Of a stretch of DNA of 64,000 bases, positions 13,042 to 22,105 are shown in pieces; positions within the stretch are counted from its first letter, which is position 1; every line of letters starts with the position of its first letter. The notes beneath the pieces were generated by a model. That model ran no database searches, had not been told where the DNA came from, and saw only the letters and a list, made by a program, of their open reading frames with translations. Source of the stretch: Eubacteriaceae bacterium (GTDB lineage Bacteria > Bacillota > Clostridia > Peptostreptococcales > Anaerovoracaceae); NCBI GenBank assembly GCA_034927505.1, contig JAYFPY010000004.1, positions 13,735-77,734 of the forward strand, given 5' to 3'. Position numbers and translations under genes: made by a program.

Positions 13042-13302
13042 ATGGATTATGTATATATATTAGAATGCAGAGACGGCAGCCTTTACACCGGCTGGACCAC
13101 AGATATAGATGCCCGGATCAAAGCACATAATGAAGGCAAAGGCGCAAAATACACCCGAGGCCGGGGCCCGGTAAAGCTGGTCCACCTGGAGACATTCGAC
13201 AACAGATCGGATGCATTAAAAAGAGAGATGGCCATCAAAAAGCTGACCCGCTCACAGAAAGAAAGGCTTATTTCCAAGGGAAGCATTATTTCAAAAGAAT
13301 AA
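13042..13302 (+). CDS. GIY-YIG nuclease family protein (UPF0213/YhbQ-like)
   Basis: MDYVYILECRDGSLYTGWTTDIDARIKAHNEGKGAKYTRGRGPV is the GIY-YIG motif set. 86 aa. Confidence 0.85.
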   Translation: MDYVYILECRDGSLYTGWTTDIDARIKAHNEGKGAKYTRGRGPVKLVHLETFDNRSDALKREMAIKKLTRSQKERLISKGSIISKE

Positions 13303-15169
13303 ATTTATCTACGACCTTGCCTTTATCGTCAACAGTCCTGACCGTCAGTGTTTTCTCTGTCACCGAATATATCTGATATGTGCTTTCCTTAAGACTTATT
13401 TTTGCCGCGTAGTCCGGTTTGCTGCTGTTTTCGCTGTAATAGTGTGTAGGTTTGTAGCCGGAGTCTCCCATCATGTATGTGATGCCGGAGATTTTTTTCG
13501 TACGCATGTAGACGTGCTGGTGACCGCAGTCAACAAGATCGACGCCTGTCTTTTGAAAGATCGGCACCCAGTTCTTTCGTATCTGCTTGTATATGGGATT
13601 GCCGTCGTCGCTGGCCGGATAAGCCGGATGATGCATGAAGACTATCTTCCATTTTGCACTGCTCCCGGACAGATCTTTTTCCAGCCAACTGTTCACTTCT
13701 TTGATCATGGTCTTCCAATTTTTGTTGCCAATGTCTTCCCGTCTTTCATCTGCAAAAATATTGCTGTTTAGGGACACAAAATGACAGTCGCCCCGGTCGA
13801 AAGAATACACTTCCTCCGACAGATCTTTCGGCCCGTTTTCAGGCATAGCTACTATCTGTTTGTATGTGTACGGCGTTATTGACGTCTCGTGATTCCCCGG
13901 CGTGGTCATCACCGGGACCTCTGTGAATGTGCTCTGGGTTTCATCGAGGAAAGAATCCCAGTCGTCCATGTCCGCATTTTTTTCTACCATATCGCCCATC
14001 ATCAATGTGAATTTGATGTTCGGCTCGCTGCGGTAAGCCTTGCTCAGCATGTCGCCCCATTTTTTCATATCTCTGTCACGAAGGCTGTACTGGACATCGC
14101 CCAGAGACATGAATTCAAATGTGCTGCTGTCTTTGCCTCTATCGGCTCCGGTCTCAAATGTGCTTTTATCGCTCCACTTCCTGCCGGCTCCGACTTCATA
14201 GCAGTACTTTGTTCCCGGCTCAAGACCGGTCAACGTTACCTCGTATCTATAATATTCGCCCTCCCTTACAACAGTCATTTTTGCTTTTTCAGAATGATCA
14301 TAGTCTCCCCTGGCCCTGTAACTTTTTTTCGATGCATACCTGACGTACTGATCTGTTTTTTCTTCCAGCTTCCATGATATAGTCTGAGTCGTCTTTGTAT
14401 CTTTAGTCCATGACAGCAATATCTGCGATGGTTTTTCCGCCGGAGTGTCAGCCGCAAGCGCAGGGTCGCTGTGGCTGATATGTATGCCTCCTAAAATAAA
14501 TCCCACACACAAAACCGGGAACAGGATCATCATGAGCCAGTCTCTTTTTTTCAGTTTCAGCTTTCTCATGTATGTGCGTTTCGGCCTTGAACGGAATGCC
14601 CTGGCTTCCATAGAGGCCGACATGTCTCTGGCCCGGCCCATTGCTCCTGCCAGGATCGGCAGACACATTTTTGTATAGATCTTCAGTTTCTTTTTTACAG
14701 AAGTCTTTTTGATCTCCGTTCCGCGGAGCTGTATGCTGTAGTATATGTCCAGTGCTTCCTCTTTCAGCACAGGGAAAAAGTGGAGCCCTGTCATTACCAT
14801 GTAGGCGATTTCATAGGGCACCTTCCACTGGACCAGCGCCAGCAGGTAATCCCGCACATGGCCGGTCATCAGTATCAAAGCGGACATTATTATTATCAGC
14901 AGCCGTATGCACAGCATGCCGCCGATGATCCACCGGCCGAATATGGCCTGGAGGATGAACAGGAAAACGACCATTGCAAAAGCCGCTCGCGCCTGTTTTA
15001 TCTGCCGGGCCGGTTCGACTCCGCCTGACAGCAGCAGTATCACTGTAAATACAAGCAGACCTGCCAGCATGATCAGATCGTCCACCACCATTGCCGCCGT
15101 CGAGATGGCAATTATCATTACTATCTTTGCTCTGGGATCCAGTCTGTCCAATTTAAACATGACTGCCAC
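13286..15169 (-). CDS. ECF transporter T component (EcfT/CbiQ-like) fused to an extracytoplasmic purple-acid-phosphatase-like metallophosphoesterase
   Basis: Residues 1-~215 are polytopic and contain the EcfT coupling region GRARDMSASMEARAFRSRPKRT. An extra TM helix follows (DWLMMILFPVLCVGFILGGI). Next comes an FN3-like PAP N-domain (ILLSWTKDTKTTQTISW...GLEPGTKYCYEV). The last part carries all the metallophosphatase motifs: LGDVQY, MGDMVE, PGNHE, VFMHHP, CGHQHVY. Confidence 0.8.
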   Translation of the reverse strand: MAVMFKLDRLDPRAKIVMIIAISTAAMVVDDLIMLAGLLVFTVILLLSGGVEPARQIKQARAAFAMVVFLFILQAIFGRWIIGGMLCIRLLIIIMSALILMTGHVRDYLLALVQWKVPYEIAYMVMTGLHFFPVLKEEALDIYYSIQLRGTEIKKTSVKKKLKIYTKMCLPILAGAMGRARDMSASMEARAFRSRPKRTYMRKLKLKKRDWLMMILFPVLCVGFILGGIHISHSDPALAADTPAEKPSQILLSWTKDTKTTQTISWKLEEKTDQYVRYASKKSYRARGDYDHSEKAKMTVVREGEYYRYEVTLTGLEPGTKYCYEVGAGRKWSDKSTFETGADRGKDSSTFEFMSLGDVQYSLRDRDMKKWGDMLSKAYRSEPNIKFTLMMGDMVEKNADMDDWDSFLDETQSTFTEVPVMTTPGNHETSITPYTYKQIVAMPENGPKDLSEEVYSFDRGDCHFVSLNSNIFADERREDIGNKNWKTMIKEVNSWLEKDLSGSSAKWKIVFMHHPAYPASDDGNPIYKQIRKNWVPIFQKTGVDLVDCGHQHVYMRTKKISGITYMMGDSGYKPTHYYSENSSKPDYAAKISLKESTYQIYSVTEKTLTVRTVDDKGKVVDKFILLK

Positions 15170-15806
15170 CTTCGATTTTCACCCGATCTTTGGTATACCG
15201 TTCAACGAAATCTCTGTCATGGCTGATTATTATGATGCCGCAGCCCTGTTCCCGATTTATTTTTAAAAGGTATTCTCCCAGCTGCTCCCTGCGCATATAG
15301 TCCAGAGAAGCTGTCGGCTCATCCAGCATGAGCCAGTTTGGTTTCATAGCCAGGACCGACGCCAGGACCAGTCTTTGTTTTTCACCGTGAGAAAGGCTGA
15401 ACGGAAAATCATCTTCTCTTCCCGACAGATCGAAATAATCAAGATACTCTTTCGCCCTCGATTCTTTTTCTTCGTCTTCCAGCCCCAGATTTTCCAGTCC
15501 GTACATTATTTCTTCCCTGACCGAAGTGGAGAATATCTGCCGCGCCGGATTCTGCATCACGTACCCTATCCTCCTGCCTGTTTCTGCAAGTGACAGACTC
15601 TTTGAATCCTCTCCATCTATCAAAACAGATCCGGTTTCGGCTTTCAGTATCCCCATTATCACGCGGGACAGTGTGGTCTTGCCGCTGCCGTTCTTCCCCG
15701 TCAGTGCAGTCATCTGTCCGTCGACAAATTCGGCTGAAAAATCATACAGCACCGGCGCCGATTTTTTATCATATCTGAAAGTGATGTTATCGATCTTTAT
15801 GCTCAC
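15153..15806 (-). CDS. ABC/ECF ATPase component (EcfA-like, short)
   Basis: Walker A GKNGSGKTT, signature LSHGEKQRL, Walker B WLMLDEPT, H-loop IIISHD. Overlaps both neighbouring genes. Confidence 0.85.
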   Translation of the reverse strand: MSIKIDNITFRYDKKSAPVLYDFSAEFVDGQMTALTGKNGSGKTTLSRVIMGILKAETGSVLIDGEDSKSLSLAETGRRIGYVMQNPARQIFSTSVREEIMYGLENLGLEDEEKESRAKEYLDYFDLSGREDDFPFSLSHGEKQRLVLASVLAMKPNWLMLDEPTASLDYMRREQLGEYLLKINREQGCGIIIISHDRDFVERYTKDRVKIEGGSHV

Positions 15807-16464
15807 TGATCTTCCCTTCTTCCATCCACATTATGCGATCTGCAAAATCCAAGGATCTGTAGTCATGATCTACGATCAAAACAGTTTTGCCGCTGCTGCG
15901 CAATTTTATCAAAGTTTTTTTCATCATGATCTTGCCGTCTTCGTCAAGATGGGAAAAAGGTTCATCCATTATCAGCATCTCCGGATCCATCGTCAGAACA
16001 GAGCCGATGGCGACCAGCTGTTTCTGTCCGCCGGACAGCTTTGAAGGGCTCGTCAGCGCCATGTAGCTCAACCCTAAAAGTTCCATCACTTCATCGACCC
16101 GATGACGTATCTCCGTCGGCGGAAGACATATGTTCTCCGGCCCGAAAGCCAGCTCGTCTTCTACTGTAGCAGCGACGATCTGCATGTCCGGATCCTGCAT
16201 GACGAATCCGATCTTCTGTCCCAGTTCTGCAGGGCTCCTGCCGATCATATCCCTGCCAGCCATAGTCAGTTCACCTGTCAGTTCACCGTCGATACAGCAT
16301 GGTATGATCCCTGTCATCACACGGCAAAGAGTGCTCTTGCCGCATCCCGACAATCCTGCCAGGGCGGTGATGCTCTCCTTTTTCAAATCGAAAGACACGC
16401 CGTCAAGGACGTGCCGTTCCGGCGACTCGTCATATGCAAATGTGATGTTCTTTGCTGTGATCAT
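15787..16464 (-). CDS. ABC/ECF ATPase component (EcfA-like, short)
   Basis: Walker A GLSGCGKST, signature LSGGQKQLV, Walker B MLIMDEPF, H-loop LIVDHD. Confidence 0.85.
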   Translation of the reverse strand: MITAKNITFAYDESPERHVLDGVSFDLKKESITALAGLSGCGKSTLCRVMTGIIPCCIDGELTGELTMAGRDMIGRSPAELGQKIGFVMQDPDMQIVAATVEDELAFGPENICLPPTEIRHRVDEVMELLGLSYMALTSPSKLSGGQKQLVAIGSVLTMDPEMLIMDEPFSHLDEDGKIMMKKTLIKLRSSGKTVLIVDHDYRSLDFADRIMWMEEGKISEHKDR

Positions 16465-16465
16465 T

Positions 16466-18079
16466 TTACCTTTTCAGACCTTTCACTTTGGACAAGTTTC
16501 CATATATCTTTTTGCCATTCACCTTTTTGTAAGCTCTTGCTTTATAGTAATATCTCTTTCCTTTTTTGAGTTTCTTGTTCGTATATCTCCTCGTACTGCC
16601 TTTGGTGATCGTCTTTATTTTTTTGTATTTCCCCTTCTTTTTCGACGCCCTGTATATCTGATATCCGGAAGCTCCTTTGACCTTTTTCCATGAAATCTTT
16701 ATTGATCTTGAACCTGATTTTTTCAGTGATATTGATGGGGCTGCAGGCTTTGCATAAGGAACCGGGATCGATGCAGCTGCTGCGGTCGAATAATCTCCGT
16801 AAATCTTGCTTTGTCCTGCATCGACACAGGCTCTTATTCTGTATCGGTATGTCTTGCCGACAGCAGTATCAGTATCGGTCCAGCGGTTATCTTTAACTGT
16901 TGCCATTTTATTATATGGTCCTTTCTCTGTATCAGCCCGATATATTTCATATCCATCTGCATATTTCGCACTGCTCCATGAAAGTGAAACAGCTGAATTT
17001 TTCGCCGAAACACTATTGATGACCGGTGTGCCCGGCTTGACAAGATTTCCTGCAGGATCCTTCACCGATATGGAGGCAACATTATATATGATGCCTCCGT
17101 CTTCACCGACCAGCATGAGTCTGCCGGTCTGCTGCGTTGGAGTATCCGATCTGTCATTATATCCCCAGGCCAGAAATGAGGAACTCATTGTTTTATTATC
17201 CTTTACTGTTTCTTTCCCCGCAGCGTCTGTTACCGTTATCTTATTGCCGTCATCTTCAGCATAATTGATTATGCCCAGAGATCCTGAAACCCTGCTGAAC
17301 GGTATACCTTCGTATTTTCCGTTTTTGAATATCCCCATACGCAGTATGTCAGTCATCGTCAGACTTCTTCCTTCATTGTTTTCCGTTGATATCGCCTTTT
17401 TTTCTTCGCCTGCAATGATATTATCTACGCCTGCTATGAATCTGCAGTTGGTATCTTCGGTGACACTTGTCTGTCCGTACATCAGCACATTATCATCTCG
17501 CGTCAGTTTCTCTGCCGCAGCCGGGACCTGCCCCTGCTCTGAAGTCCACTTGTATCCGTTGGTCGTTTTGTACAGTGCCAGTATGGGCCCGCTCAGCTCT
17601 TCCCCTGTTTCACTGCCCGGAGCAAAATAATAACGGTTTGCAAAAATATTCGGCGCATGAAATGTGATAGAATAATCGTCCGCCCCGGTGATCTTCAGTT
17701 TATCTGCTGAGTCCCCATCGACCCCGACAGTTTCCAGCATGGTTTTTATATCCAGTCCCGCACCTCTGCTGAAATAATATATCGGGTCGCTGTTTATGTG
17801 GTGATCATACGAGGAAAATACTCTGTCGCCGACCCAGCAGCTGCCCAGGCCCAGGCCCTCTGCTGTCTTCTTTTCCTTTGCATCCGAAATCTGCTTTGCT
17901 GTGATATAAGCAAAGTCCTTTTGGAATCCGCATCCCTTTGTTATTCCCTTGCCGTCTATGATCAGTCCCAGCTCTTCATTTGATGTATCTGCTTTTGCCA
18001 TATCTGCATATGTCCCGGCCGGCATCATTGCCGCTGCCAGACATAATATCAGTACAGCGATCATCATTCTTTTTTTCAT
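16466..18079 (-). CDS. secreted surface protein: SUOX-like modules + FN3 + basic FN3-like tail
   Basis: Signal peptide MKKRMMIAVLILCLAAAMMPAGTYA. Module motifs GAGLDIKTML, GADDYSI, PILALYK. FN3 domain (VSLSWSSAKYADGYEIYRA). Lys-rich C-terminus ISWKKVKGASGYQIYRASKKKGKYKK...KKGKRYYYKARAYKKVNGKKIYG. Confidence 0.75.
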   Translation of the reverse strand: MKKRMMIAVLILCLAAAMMPAGTYADMAKADTSNEELGLIIDGKGITKGCGFQKDFAYITAKQISDAKEKKTAEGLGLGSCWVGDRVFSSYDHHINSDPIYYFSRGAGLDIKTMLETVGVDGDSADKLKITGADDYSITFHAPNIFANRYYFAPGSETGEELSGPILALYKTTNGYKWTSEQGQVPAAAEKLTRDDNVLMYGQTSVTEDTNCRFIAGVDNIIAGEEKKAISTENNEGRSLTMTDILRMGIFKNGKYEGIPFSRVSGSLGIINYAEDDGNKITVTDAAGKETVKDNKTMSSSFLAWGYNDRSDTPTQQTGRLMLVGEDGGIIYNVASISVKDPAGNLVKPGTPVINSVSAKNSAVSLSWSSAKYADGYEIYRADTEKGPYNKMATVKDNRWTDTDTAVGKTYRYRIRACVDAGQSKIYGDYSTAAAASIPVPYAKPAAPSISLKKSGSRSIKISWKKVKGASGYQIYRASKKKGKYKKIKTITKGSTRRYTNKKLKKGKRYYYKARAYKKVNGKKIYGNLSKVKGLKR

Positions 18080-18082
18080 GTC

Positions 18083-19693
18083 CTACCTCTTTATGCGTTT
18101 TACACTGGACCATGATCCATATTTTTTGCTGCCTTTTACAGTTCTGTATGCACGGACCTTGAAATAGTATTTCTTTCCTTTTTTAAGCTTGCTGATGGTT
18201 TTCGATTTTGCGCTGTCTTTCTTGACATATACCGTTTTTCTGCTTTTAGTAATTTTTTTATTGGTTCCGTATCTGATCTGGTATCCGTATGCACCGCTTA
18301 CCTTTTTCCATCTCAGTAATGCACTTTTCCTGCCCTTCTTTTTCAGAGATGTGATCGAACTCTTGGAAAGCTGCGGTGTTTTTGATACGACGTTCCCGGT
18401 GCTGCTTTCCAGTGAAACAAAATTCTCTTTTTTAACGGCACTGATTTTATATGAATACTTTGTTCCTGTCAGCAGACTTTTGTCAATATATGAAGTAGAT
18501 GTGGTCTCTGCGATCTTGCTGTATCCGCCCTTGCCTGCCGCACGATAAACTGTATATCCGTCAGCTCCTGCCGATGCGCTCCATTTCAAAGATATACTGT
18601 TATATCTGCTGCCGGTCACTGATGTATTCGCAGGCGCTGACGGTGCTGTTGTTAGTTTCTCCGTATTCCAGATCACCTTTCCCGGTGTGAACAAAGCATA
18701 CTGCGATGTCTGTTCTGAAGGCGTATCCGTACTGTCTGAGAAGCCCCATGCCAGGAATGAAACCTTGATATCAGATCCTGTTATTACTGTCGTCTTCGAT
18801 GATGCCGCATCTGTCACAGCGATCTCGTTCCCCGTCACATTCATTTTCTCCATGACTTTTGTCAAAGGCAGGCCCGTGACATTATAACTGTTTCCTCCAT
18901 AAGAAAATTTGCTCTTATATATTCCCGCACGCAGGATCTCCTGTATATTCATATTCGAATATGAATCGTTCCCGTTTTTGAATATGCCGGTCTGGTCATC
19001 TACAATAATTGTGTCAACATACTTTCCATACAAACAATTGTTGTCTTCATCATACTTCTTCTGACCGAATACAAAGACATTCTCTCCTGCCGGCAGTCTT
19101 GTCACATCTCCCGGATCCTGCACGTCAGCAAAAGTCGACCCCATGCTGTCGGCCCTATAAAGAGCGATCAGCGGCACCCTGGTATTCTCACTTGCTGCTG
19201 TTGTATTCGGATGTGCAAAATAATATCTGTTTCCAAACACATTCTCTTCACCGGTGCTGCGAAGTATTCCGCTGTAACCGTCAGATGAATAATATGTCAA
19301 CTCCTTTACTTTGCCGGTATCTGTGCCCAGAGCAGCGATCATTTTTTTTACATCTATACCGCTTACTTTGCTGCGATGATAGTGCCCTGTTACTCCGTTT
19401 ATTTCACCATGAGGTTCGTGGGAGGAATAAATGGTATTTTCTGTCCAGCTTTCACCTATGTCATATCCGGAAACATTTTTGTTTGTTTTTATCGTTTCCA
19501 TTTCATCCTGTGTCAAATAGAAAACATTCCCCTGGAATCCTTCCTGCCCGGATATCCCTGATCCGCTGACTATCAGCCCCGGTGTCTCCGGCTCATCGGC
19601 AGCGTATCCTGTGCCGAAACTCATCGCCGCGACTACTGCCGCCGCAATCACTATCGCTAACGCTTTATTGATCATTCTTTTTAAAGACTTCAT
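18083..19693 (-). CDS. secreted surface protein: SUOX-like modules + FN3 + basic FN3-like tail
   Basis: Start at MKSLKRMINKALAIVIAAAVV (GGAG SD; the track start at 19735 lacks one). Motifs VSGIDVKKMI, SSDGYSG, PLIALYRA. C-terminus LRWKKVSGAYGYQIRYGTNKK...KKGKKYYFKVRAYRTVKGSKKYG. Confidence 0.75.
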   Translation of the reverse strand: MKSLKRMINKALAIVIAAAVVAAMSFGTGYAADEPETPGLIVSGSGISGQEGFQGNVFYLTQDEMETIKTNKNVSGYDIGESWTENTIYSSHEPHGEINGVTGHYHRSKVSGIDVKKMIAALGTDTGKVKELTYYSSDGYSGILRSTGEENVFGNRYYFAHPNTTAASENTRVPLIALYRADSMGSTFADVQDPGDVTRLPAGENVFVFGQKKYDEDNNCLYGKYVDTIIVDDQTGIFKNGNDSYSNMNIQEILRAGIYKSKFSYGGNSYNVTGLPLTKVMEKMNVTGNEIAVTDAASSKTTVITGSDIKVSFLAWGFSDSTDTPSEQTSQYALFTPGKVIWNTEKLTTAPSAPANTSVTGSRYNSISLKWSASAGADGYTVYRAAGKGGYSKIAETTSTSYIDKSLLTGTKYSYKISAVKKENFVSLESSTGNVVSKTPQLSKSSITSLKKKGRKSALLRWKKVSGAYGYQIRYGTNKKITKSRKTVYVKKDSAKSKTISKLKKGKKYYFKVRAYRTVKGSKKYGSWSSVKRIKR

Positions 19694-19766
19694 AATATTA
19701 TCTCCATAAGACCCTAATAGCCGATGAATTATCATCGGCTATCAGAGCAAATATACTGCTTTTTTA

Positions 19767-21431
19767 TTATTTCTTTTTTGTTTTGAAGGATTTTGTCTTT
19801 GACCATGAACTGTAGAATGTCTTTCCTTCTATCTTCTTATATGATCTGACTTTGAAATAATATTTTTTGTTTTTCTTTAGTTTCTTAACTGTCTTGGATA
19901 CTGTTTTTCCGCTCTTTATAGTGACAGTTTTTTTGCTCTTTGTTATCTTTTTATTTCTACCGTATCGGACCTGATATCCTGTTACAGATGATGCCTTTTT
20001 CCATCTCAGCTTTGCGCTTCTCTTCTTTACCTTTACAGCTTTTTTAACTGACGGTGCTGCAACATTTCCAACGGTTATGATGGCCTTTGCATTTTCTATC
20101 AGTGTAGGTTCTTTGCCGGATATCGGAGTGTAATCACTATCGCCGTCACTGGCTTCGACTTTTGCACTTGTCGTATCGACCAGGACTGAATGATCGTAAT
20201 TAACAGTTTTCCTGTTATAGTCCCATATGTTGCTTGATCTCTTCGACTGCTGATAGCTGTAAGCTACAAAATAGTTGTTTATAGAAGCAGTTATATCCTG
20301 CATGCTTCCGTCTGCCTTGATCACATATGCCTTCTGTCCCGCAGGCACAGTCAGCAGATCCTTCAGCCACTGTCCGTTGTATCTTACATACATAGGTTTG
20401 TTGTATCCCCAGTATTTGTTCGGACTTGCAGTCGGCTGTGCAGGTACCTGTGCAGAACCGTTTATCAGTTCCGATCTGAGCAGGCTTTTTGCTGTTCCGT
20501 TTATGTTCGTTTTAAAATACGGTGTCTCTGTCCAGTAGAATTCTACTGTCTGATCCTCTGCCTTTTCAGCAGCTTTTACAGATACGGAAACTCCGTTGAA
20601 TCCTCTGCTCTGTATTTTGCTCGACAGTTTTGCATATGCCAGATCCACTCTCGGTCTTGCAGGCCATCTCATTCCTGTCGGTACTCCGTATATATCTTTA
20701 TCGTCTGCTACCTGCATGCCGTAATCATCATCACTCATGCTCTTTTCGGTATATCCGCTGTCGCCTTTAAGAGTTTTACCGCTTTTACTGATCACAACTC
20801 CCATGAAATTTTTAAGTACTGATGAGTTGGCTGAGTTGGTCTGTCTGTAAGCTCTCAGCAGCGACGGTTCTACAAATGTTGTGAAATCATAGAACTGTGT
20901 ATCATTTACATTGTTTGCATCCGGCTTGTCATAAGTCATCTTGCACTGATATCCTATAATAGTCTCTTTCGGCGTGCTGCTCGTATCCGTCAAACTTTTG
21001 ACAGTATCTTTATAGCTGTCCTGAGTTGCATGGAATGCATCCTCTTCAGCGTACTGGATCATCCAGTCTTCATCGACCGTTACATCTTTCAGATCTGATA
21101 TCATATTTGAAAGCTTTGCACCTTTGATGGCTGCTGTTTCGCCTTCGCCATGATTGCCATAGTGATAGCCGACCTGATCGCCATAAGCTTTGATCTCGTC
21201 AAGTGTGTAGTAGTAGATCTTATCTGTGTCGCCGGTAACTGTTCCGTTATTGTCGGCATCAACTGCAATATAGAATACTGCATTTTTGATATTGGTCCCT
21301 GCTGTTGCCGGTGATTTCCCCGATGCTGCATTTGCTGTAGCAGTCTGCATAAAACCAAAACATGACATAACCATTGCCAGTGTCAATATGACGGCAATGA
21401 TTTTATTTCTTTTTGAACAAGTGATATCCAT
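19767..21431 (-). CDS. secreted surface protein with basic FN3-like tail
   Basis: A canonical signal peptide MDITCSKRNKIIAVILTLAMVMSCFGFMQTATANA begins at M41 of the track ORF, whose GTG at 21551 overlaps the upstream stop, so the start is uncertain. C-terminus LRWKKASSVTGYQVRYGRNKK...KKNKKYYFKVRSYKKIEGKTFY. Confidence 0.7.
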   Translation of the reverse strand: MDITCSKRNKIIAVILTLAMVMSCFGFMQTATANAASGKSPATAGTNIKNAVFYIAVDADNNGTVTGDTDKIYYYTLDEIKAYGDQVGYHYGNHGEGETAAIKGAKLSNMISDLKDVTVDEDWMIQYAEEDAFHATQDSYKDTVKSLTDTSSTPKETIIGYQCKMTYDKPDANNVNDTQFYDFTTFVEPSLLRAYRQTNSANSSVLKNFMGVVISKSGKTLKGDSGYTEKSMSDDDYGMQVADDKDIYGVPTGMRWPARPRVDLAYAKLSSKIQSRGFNGVSVSVKAAEKAEDQTVEFYWTETPYFKTNINGTAKSLLRSELINGSAQVPAQPTASPNKYWGYNKPMYVRYNGQWLKDLLTVPAGQKAYVIKADGSMQDITASINNYFVAYSYQQSKRSSNIWDYNRKTVNYDHSVLVDTTSAKVEASDGDSDYTPISGKEPTLIENAKAIITVGNVAAPSVKKAVKVKKRSAKLRWKKASSVTGYQVRYGRNKKITKSKKTVTIKSGKTVSKTVKKLKKNKKYYFKVRSYKKIEGKTFYSSWSKTKSFKTKKK

Positions 21432-21547
21432 CTCTTTTTGCACGGTCTCCCGTGCTCTCCTTTCCGTTATACAAAAGTAAAAATAACCATCCTGTTCGAT
21501 TCTATCAGAAAACTGCATTTTATGTCGTTGTTTGAGCAACACTTTAC

Positions 21548-22105
21548 TCACTTTTTACAAATTATTTTCACTAAATACTTCGTGCTCCTGTTTCCGTAGG
21601 TGTCTTTGGCAAAAATTACCTGCAGCGGACCGCTGCCGCCCTTGCTGTACTCGGTCAATGTCTTTCCATTTTTTGAATAAGCTGCAATGATATTATTCTT
21701 TTCTTTGATTTCTTTCTGTGATGCTGCAGAAGAGTAGCCGTCACCGGCTGTAAAAATAAATGTTTTATACTCTTTCACAAGATTCGGATCGGAATCATTC
21801 AACAGATCCATCACTGAAACTCCTGTAAATGTACCTTTTTCATCTGCTTTTGAGGAAGATTCAAGGTCGGCATATACATTTTCGCTTTCCAGTTTCCTGA
21901 TTTCTTTCATGGTATATTTTTTTATCGTTTTTGTTTTCCCTGCAGAGTTTTCGCCAGACACAGTCAGCACATTTTTCCCACCGCCGATACTGCTGCTGTT
22001 GTTGGTCATATTAACAGCAGCGGTAATAATGATCACCGCTGTCAGCACTGCAAAAAATATGATGACGGCTTTATTCCCCAGTTTCAGTTTTCTTCTCTTT
22101 TCCAC
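21548..22105 (-). CDS. membrane-anchored single SUOX/YedY-like module protein
   Basis: N-terminal TM helix (AVIIFFAVLTAVIIITAAV), then FTGVSVMDLL, AGDGYSS, IIAAYSKNGKTL, GPLQVIF, KYLVKI. This is the pattern of the Oxidored_molyb fold. Confidence 0.65.
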   Translation of the reverse strand: MEKRRKLKLGNKAVIIFFAVLTAVIIITAAVNMTNNSSSIGGGKNVLTVSGENSAGKTKTIKKYTMKEIRKLESENVYADLESSSKADEKGTFTGVSVMDLLNDSDPNLVKEYKTFIFTAGDGYSSAASQKEIKEKNNIIAAYSKNGKTLTEYSKGGSGPLQVIFAKDTYGNRSTKYLVKIICKK

